The notes beneath the pieces were generated by a model, which worked only from the letters and a program-made list of their open reading frames with translations, did not search any database and was not told the origin of the DNA. From contig JASGHJ010000001.1 in NCBI GenBank assembly GCA_047602405.1, positions 1,600,001-1,664,000 on the forward strand: DNA of 64,000 nucleotides, written 5' to 3'. The translations under genes and the position numbers were made by a program. Positions 53,370 through 62,243 of this stretch are shown piece by piece. This DNA comes from Anaeromyxobacteraceae bacterium (GTDB lineage Bacteria > Myxococcota > Myxococcia > Myxococcales > Anaeromyxobacteraceae). How positions within the stretch are numbered: position 1 is the stretch's first letter; the number at the start of each line of letters is the position of its first letter.

Positions 53370-55567
53370 GCGCCGCCCTCGAGCTCGTCCCGCCGCTCGC
53401 CCCGGCCCGCCCGCTCGTCGTGGCGGTCGCCGGCAACCCGAACTCGGGCAAGTCCACCCTCATCAACGCCATCGCCGGCACGCGCCTGCACGTGGGCAAC
53501 TGGCCGGGCGTGACGGTCGTGAAGAAGGAGGCCTCGTTCGAGCACGCCGGCCGGCCGATCCGGCTCGTGGACCTCCCCGGCACCTACTCGCTCTCGCCAC
53601 ACTCGCAGGAGGAGATCGTCGCCCGCGATCACCTCGCGCTCGAGCGGCCCGACGTCGTCGTCGACGTGGTGGACTCGACGAACCTCGAGCGGAACCTCTA
53701 CCTGACCGTCCAGCTCCTCGAGCTCGGGCTGCCGGTGGTGGTGGCGCTCAACATCCACGACGAGGCGGTCGCGAAGGGGCTCCGCATCGACGCCGCGGCG
53801 ATCTCGGCGAGGCTCGGCGTCCCGGTGGTGACCACCTCGGCGACGCGCAAGGAGGGGCTCTCCGCGCTGCTCGACGCCGCCCTCGCCGCGGCCGACGCGG
53901 GCGCCTCCGCGCGGGCGCCGCTCTCCTACGGCGCCGACCTCGACCGGGCCATCGCCCGCGTGGCCGGGGAGCTCGAGCGGCGGCCGGAGGTGGCCGGCCG
54001 GTTCCCGCTCCGCTGGCTCGCGACGAAGCTCGTGGAGGGCGACGCGCACGCGGCCGCCCAGGCGGGCGTGGAGGCCGAGGAGGTCGTGGCGGAGCCGCTG
54101 CGCCACCTGCGCTCCGCCCATGGCGACGTCGAGACGCTCCTCGCCGAGGCGCGCTACGGCCTCGCCGCCGGGCTCACCCGCGAGGTGCTGACCCGCCCCG
54201 AGGCGAGCCGGGTCGAGCTCACCGAGCGGATCGACCGGATCGTCCTCGACCGCTTCCTGGGCATCCCGATCTTCTTCCTCGCGATGTGGCTCGTGTTCAA
54301 GCTGACGTTCGACCTGTCGTCCCCCTTCGGCGACTGGATCGACGGCATCGCGAACGGCCCCGCGAAGCGCTGGGCCGCGGCCGGCCTCGCGGCGCTCGCC
54401 GCGCCGGACTGGACGGTCTCCCTCGTCAACGACGGCATCATCTCCGGCGTGGGCTTCGTGCTCGTGTTCGTGCCGGTGATCCTCGCGATGATGTTCTTCA
54501 TCACGCTCCTCGAGGCCTCGGGGTACATGGCCCGGGCCGCGTTCGTGATGGACCGGGCGATGCACGCCATCGGGCTGCACGGGAAGTCGTTCATCCCGAT
54601 GGTGCTCGGCTTCGGCTGCAACGTGCCCGGCGTGTACGCGACCCGGATGCTCGAGAGCCACCGCGACCGGGTGCTCACGTCGTTGCTCGTCCCGTTCATG
54701 TCCTGCGGCGCGCGGCTGCCGGTGTACGTGCCTCTTCGCCGGGGTGTTCTTCGCGGGGCGGGCCGGCACCGTGGTCTGGTCGCTCTACGTGCTCGGCATC
54801 GCGCTCGCGATCCTGACCGGCCTCGTCTTCAAGAAGACGCTGTTCCGCGGCGAGGCGCCGGTCTTCATCATGGAGCTGCCGCCGTACCGACTGCCCTCGC
54901 TCTCGTCCCTGCTCCTCCACACCTGGGAGAAGGGGAAGCACTTCGTCTACAAGGCCGGCACCTACATCCTCGCGGTGTCGGTGGTGGTCTGGTTCCTGCT
55001 CAACCTGCCCTGGGGCGTCGAGCACAAGCGCGACTCGTACCTCGGCAAGGCGGGGGCCGTCGTGGCGCCCGCGCTCGCGCCCGCGGGCTTCGGCACCTGG
55101 GAGGCGGGCGCGGCGCTCATCACCGGCATCATCGCGAAGGAGATCGTCGTCGGCACGATGGCGAGATCTACGCGGAGGGCGCGAAGGGGGAGGCGTCGGC
55201 CGTCGAGGCGCCGACCGTCGCCGCCGAGCTCCGCGGCATCGGGGTGGGCTTCCTCGCGGCGAGCCGGGACGCGGCGCTGAACGTCGCGTCCAACCTCGGG
55301 GTGGCCTCGCTCTCGATCCAGGAGGAGGCCGGCGAGGAGACGCCGCTCCAGGCCGCGCTCCGCCGGAGCTTCACGCCGCTCACCGCGGTCGCGTTCATGG
55401 TGTTCGTGCTGCTCTACATGCCCTGCGTGGTGGTCGCGATCGCGATGCGCCAGGAGCTCGGCGGCTGGCGCTGGTCCGCCCTCGCCGTCGCCTGGCAGAC
55501 CGGGGTGGCCTGGCTGATCGCGACGGTGGTCTTCCAGGCCGGGCGCCTGTCCGGGATCGGGGGCTGA
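53366..55567 (+). CDS. feoB: Ferrous iron transport protein B; two compensating frameshifts (about 54731 and 55160)
   Basis: GNPNSGKST, VGNWPGVT, DLPGTYSL, GFGCNVP and CGARLPVY; the true middle segment (FIMELPPYRLP...AKEIVVGT) is in the 54744-55280 frame. Confidence 0.92.
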   Translation: MSAALELVPPLAPARPLVVAVAGNPNSGKSTLINAIAGTRLHVGNWPGVTVVKKEASFEHAGRPIRLVDLPGTYSLSPHSQEEIVARDHLALERPDVVVDVVDSTNLERNLYLTVQLLELGLPVVVALNIHDEAVAKGLRIDAAAISARLGVPVVTTSATRKEGLSALLDAALAAADAGASARAPLSYGADLDRAIARVAGELERRPEVAGRFPLRWLATKLVEGDAHAAAQAGVEAEEVVAEPLRHLRSAHGDVETLLAEARYGLAAGLTREVLTRPEASRVELTERIDRIVLDRFLGIPIFFLAMWLVFKLTFDLSSPFGDWIDGIANGPAKRWAAAGLAALAAPDWTVSLVNDGIISGVGFVLVFVPVILAMMFFITLLEASGYMARAAFVMDRAMHAIGLHGKSFIPMVLGFGCNVPGVYATRMLESHRDRVLTSLLVPFMSCGARLPVYVPLRRGVLRGAGRHRGLVALRARHRARDPDRPRLQEDAVPRRGAGLHHGAAAVPTALALVPAPPHLGEGEALRLQGRHLHPRGVGGGLVPAQPALGRRAQARLVPRQGGGRRGARARARGLRHLGGGRGAHHRHHREGDRRRHDGEIYAEGAKGEASAVEAPTVAAELRGIGVGFLAASRDAALNVASNLGVASLSIQEEAGEETPLQAALRRSFTPLTAVAFMVFVLLYMPCVVVAIAMRQELGGWRWSALAVAWQTGVAWLIATVVFQAGRLSGIGG

Positions 55568-55569
55568 CC

Positions 55570-55755
55570 GTGAGCCCGACCGATCTCCTCCTCGCGACCG
55601 CGATCCTGGGTGCCGCCCTCGCCGTGCTCGCGCGGTCCTTCAGGAAGCCGGGCGGCGGCTGCGCCGGCTGCCACGGGGCCTGCGCGACGCGCGGCGCCCC
55701 GCGGGACACCGTCCAGCTCGGCACACCGGGCCGTCCCACCCGCTGCGGCCCTTGA
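55570..55755 (+). CDS. FeoB-associated Cys-rich membrane protein
   Basis: One TM helix followed by GCAGCHGAC, directly after feoB. Confidence 0.8.
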   Translation: MSPTDLLLATAILGAALAVLARSFRKPGGGCAGCHGACATRGAPRDTVQLGTPGRPTRCGP

Positions 55756-55783
55756 TTCGTACACCACACCAGGAGGTCTCACC

Positions 55784-56279
55784 GTGATCAGCAAGACCAT
55801 GCAGGACGCGCTCAACGCGCAGATCAACCTCGAGCAGTACTCCGCGCAGCTCTACCTCGCGATGAGCGCGCACTGCGAGGGCAAGAGCTTCAAGGGCTTC
55901 GCCCACTGGCTCCGCGTGCAGGCCGGAGAGGAGACGGCCCACGCCATGAAGCTCGTGGGGTTCCTCCTGGACCGCGGCGGGCGCCTGGAGCTCGGCACCA
56001 TCGCCGCGCCGAGGACCGAGTACGGCGGCATGCTCCAGGTGTTCGAGGAGACGCTCGCGCACGAGAAGAGGCATCACCGGGAAGATCTCGGCGCTCTTCG
56101 CGCAGGCCCGCGAGGAGCGGGACTGGGCCGCCGAGATCGCGCTGCAGTGGTACGTGACCGAGCAGGTCGAGGAGGAGGCCACGGTCGGCCAGATCGTCGA
56201 TCACCTCCGCGCGGTCGGCGACCAGGGCGGCGGGATCTGGTACCTCGACTCGAGGATGGGGAAGCGCGGCGAGGCGTGA
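55784..56279 (+). pseudogene. ftnA: Non-heme ferritin, frameshifted at about 56070 (probable sequencing error)
   Basis: LNAQINLEQYSAQLYLAMS and QAGEETAHAMK, continuing in another frame as LQWYVTEQVEEE. Confidence 0.85.
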
Positions 56280-56312
56280 GCCGGTCCCCGCCTGCCCTCG
56301 CGGCGGGCGGGG

Positions 56313-56576
56313 TCAGCCGTGCTTCTTCTCGAGCTCCGCGACGAGCGCGACGTACGCCTTCCTCGCGTCCGCCGTCGCGGTGCCCTTGCGCGCGGTCCAG
56401 GCGTCGAACTTCGCGCGGCCCTTCGGGTCGAGCATGCCCGGGCGGCTGCCCGTGACGTCGCCCTCGGTGGCCTGCTTGTAGAGCCCGTACAGCGCGAGCA
56501 GCTCGTCGTTGGACGGCCGGCGCTTCAGCGTCTTGACCCGCTCCTGCGCGGCGGCGAACCCGTCGTCGTTGGCCAT
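56313..56576 (-). CDS. Acyl-CoA-binding protein
   Basis: LLALYGLYKQATEGD and GRAKFDAW. Confidence 0.9.
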   Translation of the reverse strand: MANDDGFAAAQERVKTLKRRPSNDELLALYGLYKQATEGDVTGSRPGMLDPKGRAKFDAWTARKGTATADARKAYVALVAELEKKHG

Positions 56577-56607
56577 GGCCCGAGGGTGAGGCCGACGGGC
56601 GCCCCGG

Positions 56608-56976
56608 TCAAGGCCGGGCGCGCCGCAGCAGCCACAGCGCGAGGAGGCCGACGCCGAGGTTCGCGACCATCCCCGCCGGGGAGGCGCGCCCGTACAGGAT
56701 CGCGCCGTTCACGAACCCGGCGAACACGTGGAGCACGACCGCCCCGAGCGCGAGCGGGAACATCGCCGGCTTGCCGCGCAGCGCGGCGAAGCCGGCCGCG
56801 AGCGCCGCCGCGCCCACCGCCACGAGGACGGCTCCGAGGAGGCGCGCGACGCCCTCGTCGGCCGCGGAGCCGACCGCGGCGGGGCCGCCGACGAGGAGCG
56901 CCACGCCACCCGCGCCGCGGGCGAGCCCGAGGACGATGAGCACGAGGGCGGCCGGCAGCGCGGGACGGGCGACCAT
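56608..56976 (-). CDS. Small membrane protein (4 TM)
   Basis: Four hydrophobic segments from ATG 56976. Confidence 0.6.
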   Translation of the reverse strand: MVARPALPAALVLIVLGLARGAGGVALLVGGPAAVGSAADEGVARLLGAVLVAVGAAALAAGFAALRGKPAMFPLALGAVVLHVFAGFVNGAILYGRASPAGMVANLGVGLLALWLLRRARP

Positions 56977-57003
56977 GGCGGGGCGGGAGTGTATCCTCGT
57001 GGC

Positions 57004-57360
57004 ATGGCGCTCGCGACGAAGCTCAACCTGAAGCCTGGCGTGAAGGTCCGCGTGGTGGGGAAGCCGCGCTCGGTCGACCTCGACGACGTCACCACCACGG
57101 CGGCCGCCGCCGCGCCGGCCGTGCTCGTCTTCGCGGCGACGAAGGCGGCGCTCGACGCGAAGGGCGCGCCGTTCGTGGCGGCCGCGCGCGAGGACCGCAT
57201 CGCCTGGGTGGCCTACCCGAAGGCGGGCCAGCTCGACACCGACCTCTCTCGCGACGTGGTCTGGAAGCACCTCGCCGGGAAGGGCATCCAGCCGGTGCGG
57301 CAGATCGCGATCGACGGCGTCTGGAGCGCGCTGCGGTTCAGGCCGGGGACGCGGGGCTGA
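57004..57360 (+). CDS. DUF3052-like protein
   Basis: LATKLNLKPG, WVAYPK...TDLSRD and QIAIDGVWSALRFR. Confidence 0.75.
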   Translation: MALATKLNLKPGVKVRVVGKPRSVDLDDVTTTAAAAAPAVLVFAATKAALDAKGAPFVAAAREDRIAWVAYPKAGQLDTDLSRDVVWKHLAGKGIQPVRQIAIDGVWSALRFRPGTRG

Positions 57361-57423
57361 GCGACGGGCGGCCGGTGCCGGCCGCCGGGCACGGCGGGCG
57401 CCCAGGCGTCTTGCGCGCTCGCA

Positions 57424-59268
57424 TCACACCCGCTCCGCGCGCGTTCGGCCGAACTGCCCGTCCTTCCAGACGACGCCGTTCACGCGGAACTCGACGGCCT
57501 CGGGGAAGATGCCGGTGATGGTGGCGTGGCCGCCGTGGACGACGACGTGGTGGTGGAAGGCGCAGAGCGGCATGCGGTTCCAGGCGTCCTCCGAGCCGCC
57601 GTGGCTGCGGAACTCGATGTGGTGGCCGTGGTCGCTGCGTCGGCTGCAGCCGGGGAAGCAGCAGCGCGGGTACTTCGCGCGCTGCTTCTGGGACACGGTC
57701 TTCGGCTCCATCACGTCGCCGCCCCAGACCGCGATGAAGTGGTCCGCGAGCTTCCCGAGGAAGGCGCCGTCCAGGGTGGCGGACTGCGGTCTTTCGGCCT
57801 CCTCCGGGGTCACGGGAAGCGCCAACGACGCCAGGAACGCCTGATGGAGCAGCAGGGCGACCCGGCGGGGGACCCATACGCGGAATCGCTTCGACGCAGA
57901 CATATGCGCGTCGGTCCGCGCCTGGACGGCCTCCTTGAGCTCGACCACCGTCAGGGTCTCGGCCCGCTTCGCGAATTCGAGGATCTGGTCCTGCGGGACC
58001 TCCTTCAGGAGGAGGAGCTTCGAGTAGCTGAGGCCCATCTCCTTCGCGACCTTGAGCTCGGGCTTCTCCCAGAGGTGCTTCTCGAGCGCGGCGCGGGTCT
58101 CGATGGTGCGGGCCGGGACGCCGAGCCGCTCGGTCGCGTAGTGACGGAAGTCGACGAAGCCGGCCTCCTTGTGGAGCCGGGCGCCCTTCACGACCGCCGA
58201 GCAGAAGCCGATGAGGTCCTCCCAGCTCTTGATCTCCAGGGAGAGGCCGAGCGCCGTGCCGTAGAGGTCGTCGTCGGTGGCAGCGTCGAGCGGGTCGAGC
58301 TCGACGGCCGGGACCGGGACGACGGGATCGAGGAACTCCCAGGAGGAGGTCTCCGACTCGAGCTTCGCCTCCGCGGCGTTCCGCTTCGTCGGGACGTCGA
58401 GCGGGTGCAACGTTCGATCGAGGGCGAGCTCCGCGCCCTTCACGTCCCACTCGTCCCCCGGGTGCTCGGAGAGGAACTCCTGCCCGAGCGCCTCGAGCTG
58501 GACGAACCGGTGCGGGCTCTCGACGAGCTCGCCGGCGAGGGCGAGGGCCTTGTGGAGCCGCTCGCTGGCCCGATCCGAGACCGGCACGTCGAGGTGCACC
58601 CAGGGCGCCTCGTCCTCCTCCCTCTTCTCCTCCGCCGCGTCGGGCCCCGGCAGCGCCTTCCGCTCCTTCAGCGCCCGCTTCACCTCCTGCTTGAGCCTGC
58701 GGACCGGCAGCTCGGCCGCGCGCTCGACCCAGCGCGCCTCGTCGTCCCCGGGCGTGACCGGCAGCACCGCGAGCGCCGCCGACGGGCTCACCGTGCCGGC
58801 GTGCACCGCGGCCCTGAGGAGCGGCCGCTCCCGCAGCGCCTTCGAGAGCTGGACCTCCACCTGCGCGGCGCGCCGGCGGGTGCCGAGGAGGTTCTCGGTG
58901 AAGTCGCCGAGGCTCGAGAAGCCCAGCCGGGCGAGCCGGTCACCCTCCGTGAACTTGGCGAGCACCGCGGCGCGGCTGACCTGCAGGGCCCGCAGCATGC
59001 GAGCGCCCTGGGCGAGAGCGCGTTCGTACTTCTCGAGGCCGCCGTCGCCGCGCAGCCAGAGCTCGCGCAGCTCGAACAGCGTGAAGGTCGGGAGATCCCA
59101 CCGCGGCGCGCGGAGATCCCAGCGGTCGCCGAGCGGGTCGCGGTGGGTGATGCTGCTCGCGGCCTGCGCGGAGACGGCGTCGTTCGAGGCAGCCGCCGGG
59201 GCGAGCTCCGGAGGTACGAGCTCCGGAGGCACTCCGCCGACGATTTCGCTGGCCGCGCACGCGTCCAT
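57424..59268 (-). CDS. HNH endonuclease with duplicated DUF222-like helical domains
   Basis: C-terminal RCCFPGC...HHIEFRSHGG...NRMPLCAFHH; two LGFSSLGDF/AGFVDFRHYATERLG repeats. Confidence 0.82.
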   Translation of the reverse strand: MDACAASEIVGGVPPELVPPELAPAAASNDAVSAQAASSITHRDPLGDRWDLRAPRWDLPTFTLFELRELWLRGDGGLEKYERALAQGARMLRALQVSRAAVLAKFTEGDRLARLGFSSLGDFTENLLGTRRRAAQVEVQLSKALRERPLLRAAVHAGTVSPSAALAVLPVTPGDDEARWVERAAELPVRRLKQEVKRALKERKALPGPDAAEEKREEDEAPWVHLDVPVSDRASERLHKALALAGELVESPHRFVQLEALGQEFLSEHPGDEWDVKGAELALDRTLHPLDVPTKRNAAEAKLESETSSWEFLDPVVPVPAVELDPLDAATDDDLYGTALGLSLEIKSWEDLIGFCSAVVKGARLHKEAGFVDFRHYATERLGVPARTIETRAALEKHLWEKPELKVAKEMGLSYSKLLLLKEVPQDQILEFAKRAETLTVVELKEAVQARTDAHMSASKRFRVWVPRRVALLLHQAFLASLALPVTPEEAERPQSATLDGAFLGKLADHFIAVWGGDVMEPKTVSQKQRAKYPRCCFPGCSRRSDHGHHIEFRSHGGSEDAWNRMPLCAFHHHVVVHGGHATITGIFPEAVEFRVNGVVWKDGQFGRTRAERV

Positions 59269-59297
59269 ACCCGCGATCCTGCCACCCCGGTCTGACA
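59269..59297 (-). promoter_or_regulatory. RecA-NDp/PafBC-like promoter, probably leaderless
   Basis: Minus strand reads TGTCAG-N10-CAGGAT-N7-ATG. Confidence 0.45.
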
Positions 59298-59353
59298 GTG
59301 AGATCGCAGGATCCGGCTGGGGCTCAGGGAGGATTCGAGCCCCCGGGCCCCTG

Positions 59354-59402
59354 TCCCTCGTCTCCGCCCCCGCTGCGCGGGGGCTACGCTCGGGACGGAC
59401 GG
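59354..59402 (+). repeat. REP-like repeat copy (divergent)
   Basis: tccctcgtctccgcccccgctgcgcgggggctacgctcgggacggacgg. Confidence 0.7.
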
Positions 59403-59426
59403 AGGGGGGAGCGGGACGGGCGGGGA

Positions 59427-59498
59427 GGAGAGGGACGGACGGGGGGAGAGGGACGGGCGGGGGGAGAGGGACGGACGGGGGGAGAAGGACGGGCGGGG
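59427..59498 (+). repeat. G-rich 18-bp tandem repeat x4
   Basis: GGAGAGGGACGG(A/G)CGGGG units. Confidence 0.85.
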
Positions 59499-59541
59499 AG
59501 CCTGGCCCGGGCGGCTTCCGGCGCGGCGCCCACAGGGGTCC

Positions 59542-61566
59542 CTACGGCGCGAACCCGACCGACGCCCACAGGCGGGCCGGGTCGTACGCCACGCCGGCCG
59601 CGACGACGAGCTCGAGCCTGCGCAGCGCGCGGATGTCGGCGAGCGGGTCGCCGTCCACGACGATGAGGTCGGCGCGCTTCCCGCGCGCGAGGGTTCCGAC
59701 CTCGCCGTCGAGCTTCATCGCGCGCGCCGGCACGAGCGTCGCGGCCTGGAGGGCCTCCATCGGGGTGAAGCCGAGCTCGACGAGGAGCTCGAGCTCGCGG
59801 AACTCGCTGAAGCCCGGCACCGCCTGGTCGGTGCCCACGACGACGGGAACGCCGGCCCGGTGCAGCGCCGCGACCACCGCCCGCGCCGCGGCGCGCACCT
59901 TGCCCGCGAGCGCCGCGCCCTCGGGCCGGACGCCGAGGTCGGCGTAGGCCGCGCCGATCGCCGCCGGCAGGCGGGCGAGCCCGGGCTCGTGCTGCACGAT
60001 CTCGTCGTGGGGCGCGCCGAAGAGCTCGCCCAGCGCGAGCGTCGGGTCGACGACCGGCTTCCTCGCCGCGAACTCCCGCGCGACCGCGCGCGCCGCCGGC
60101 GAGGCGAGGTCGAGCCCGTCGAGCGCGCGCCGCAGCTCCGACGGCGGAAGCTCCTTCGCGGGGTCGGTGCCCGGCGCGAGGAAAGGCCGGACCAGGAACT
60201 GGGAGTGGCTGATCATGTCCATGCCTGCCCGGAGCGCCGCAATCGTGCCGATGCCGCGCGGGACGTGGCCGGTCACGGTCATGCCCGCGGCGTGGGCCGC
60301 CTTCGCGAGCGGCGCGATGAGGCGCGGATCCAGGCTCGAGTAGATCTTCACCTGGCGGCAGCCCGCCTTCCTGAACCGGGCCACGAGCGCCGGGATCTCG
60401 TCCGCGGAGCGCAGCCGATCCTTGCCGAGCGCCGCCGCGCCCTCGCCGTCGACGATGCAGGCCATGAGGATGCGCGGCCCGACCCCCCGGCCCGAGGCGA
60501 CGGCGTCGCGGACCGAGGTGATGAAGTCGAGCTCGTTGCCGCAGTCGCGCACGGTGGTCACGCCGGCGGCGAGGTAGAGGGGTCCCCACTCGACCTGCTC
60601 GAAGTGGGCGTGCATGTCCAAGAGCCCGGGCAGGACCGTCTTGCCGGACACGTCGACGGTGCGGGCGCCGGCGGGGACGGGGACGCTGGCGCGCGGGCCG
60701 ACGTCGACGATGCGGTCGCCGTCCACGACCACCACCGCGTCCGGAACGGGCGGCGCGCCGCTGCCGTCGATGAGGCGGGCCCCCACGTAGGCGACTGTGC
60801 CGCCGCGTGCGCCGGCCGGGCGGAGCCCCGCGGCCGCCTCCTCGAGCGCGGCCATGCCGTCCGCTGCCGCGCGGGACACGAGCCCCGACAGCGCCTCGGA
60901 GAAGCCCCGCGCGGTCGCCTCGAAGTGATCGAACTCGGCGTCCACGCCCTTCAGCGCGGCCACGTTGCCGGCCTCGTCGAGCCAGACGGTCTCCCGTCCC
61001 CAGGTGAGCCCGCCGAGCGCGAGGCGGTGCAGCGTCCGTGGCTTGCCGTCGTCGTCGGTGACCACGTCGTCCCCGCGCCGCTCCACGGTGACCTCGCCGA
61101 TGGGGACGACCGGCAGGCGCGCCGGCTCGCCGTGGCTCGCCCAGTAGCGCAAGAGCGCCTCGGTGACCGCCACCGGGGCGTAGGCGGAGCCGACGAAGAA
61201 CGTCGCCGGCGCCGGGATCGTGCGGGTCTCGCCCCGCTGCGTGACGACGAGCTTGCCGCCCGCCACCTCCACCCGATCGTCGACGCGGGTGGGACGCGAG
61301 GTGGCGCCCCAGACCTGGAAGGACCGGGGCGCGCCGTCGCCGCCCACGCGCAGGACGGCGGCGAGCGGCACCGGCGTCGCGCGGTCGGTGAAGGCGAAGG
61401 CGCTCTTGATCTCCGCGCCATCGCCGTCGCGTGCGATCAGCACGTCCTCCCGGCCGACGCGGCTCTGCCACTTGTAGAGCGTGAAGCTCCTCCGCTCGGG
61501 AGGTGCCGCGTGCGCGGCGGCGGACGCGAGACCGCCGACGAGCAAGGCCAGCAGGCGAGGGCGCAT
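59542..61566 (-). CDS. Secreted amidohydrolase family protein with N-terminal beta domain
   Basis: PGLLDMHAH, GVTTVRDCG, VTGH, VGTD and GKRADLIVVDGDP. Confidence 0.88.
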   Translation of the reverse strand: MRPRLLALLVGGLASAAAHAAPPERRSFTLYKWQSRVGREDVLIARDGDGAEIKSAFAFTDRATPVPLAAVLRVGGDGAPRSFQVWGATSRPTRVDDRVEVAGGKLVVTQRGETRTIPAPATFFVGSAYAPVAVTEALLRYWASHGEPARLPVVPIGEVTVERRGDDVVTDDDGKPRTLHRLALGGLTWGRETVWLDEAGNVAALKGVDAEFDHFEATARGFSEALSGLVSRAAADGMAALEEAAAGLRPAGARGGTVAYVGARLIDGSGAPPVPDAVVVVDGDRIVDVGPRASVPVPAGARTVDVSGKTVLPGLLDMHAHFEQVEWGPLYLAAGVTTVRDCGNELDFITSVRDAVASGRGVGPRILMACIVDGEGAAALGKDRLRSADEIPALVARFRKAGCRQVKIYSSLDPRLIAPLAKAAHAAGMTVTGHVPRGIGTIAALRAGMDMISHSQFLVRPFLAPGTDPAKELPPSELRRALDGLDLASPAARAVAREFAARKPVVDPTLALGELFGAPHDEIVQHEPGLARLPAAIGAAYADLGVRPEGAALAGKVRAAARAVVAALHRAGVPVVVGTDQAVPGFSEFRELELLVELGFTPMEALQAATLVPARAMKLDGEVGTLARGKRADLIVVDGDPLADIRALRRLELVVAAGVAYDPARLWASVGFAP

Positions 61567-61755
61567 GCCCGAGGCTAGCACTCATTGACGTACAGTGGAG
61601 CCGCTCGGATGGAGTCGCCCTGGCCGGGGGACACCCCGATGGCATTCTCCAGCCGCGCCGCCGGAAAGCGCTCGCTCACTCCCCGTCCAGGGAGGGCCGC
61701 CGGGAACACCACCGGGCGCGGCGGGTTCCGACCCTCGAGGCGAAAGGAGAACCCC

Positions 61756-62241
61756 ATGAACACCCAGACGACGAAGCAGCGCGTGATCCGGAGGCGGCTC
61801 GTGGGCGTGGCCGTCGCGTTCGCGGTCCTGGCGGCGGCTCCGGCCCGGGCGGCCGACGTCGGCGTGCGGGGCGGCATCTACTCGTTCGAGCACGGCCCCG
61901 ACAGGCCGTTCCTCGGCGCCGAGCTGCTGCTCCACGCCGGGGGCGGCTTCTACGTGAACCCCAACGCCGAGTTCGTCTTCGTGGACGGCAGGCGGTTCTT
62001 CACGCTCAACCTCGACGCCCACTACGACCTGCCGGTCCGCGGTCCGTACCTCTGGATCGGCGGAGGCCTCGCGGTCGAGGTCGCCGATCCGGACGGCCCG
62101 GCCGCGAGCTCGACGGAGGCCCACGCCAACGTCCTCGCCGGGATCGGCTTCCGCACCGGCGCCGTGGTGCCCTACGTCCAGCTGAAGCTCGTCACGGGCG
62201 CGCCCACCATCGTCGTGGCGGCGGCCGGGATCCGCTTCTGA
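61756..62241 (+). CDS. Small outer-membrane beta-barrel protein
   Basis: AAAGGAGA RBS, signal peptide (APARA-A), beta strands and C-terminal GIRF. Confidence 0.7.
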   Translation: MNTQTTKQRVIRRRLVGVAVAFAVLAAAPARAADVGVRGGIYSFEHGPDRPFLGAELLLHAGGGFYVNPNAEFVFVDGRRFFTLNLDAHYDLPVRGPYLWIGGGLAVEVADPDGPAASSTEAHANVLAGIGFRTGAVVPYVQLKLVTGAPTIVVAAAGIRF

Positions 62242-62243
62242 GC

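Noticed and set aside
55744..55755. CGP-TGA at the end of the FeoB-associated Cys-rich protein as a second CxxU selenocysteine site
   Set aside because: Read-through gives non-coding-like sequence overlapping the ferritin RBS and gene out of frame, and I see no convincing SECIS hairpin; it is best read as a normal stop.
59427..59498. Tandem repeats (also 43912-43980) as a CRISPR array
   Set aside because: The units are contiguous with no unique spacers, and there are no cas genes in the window.
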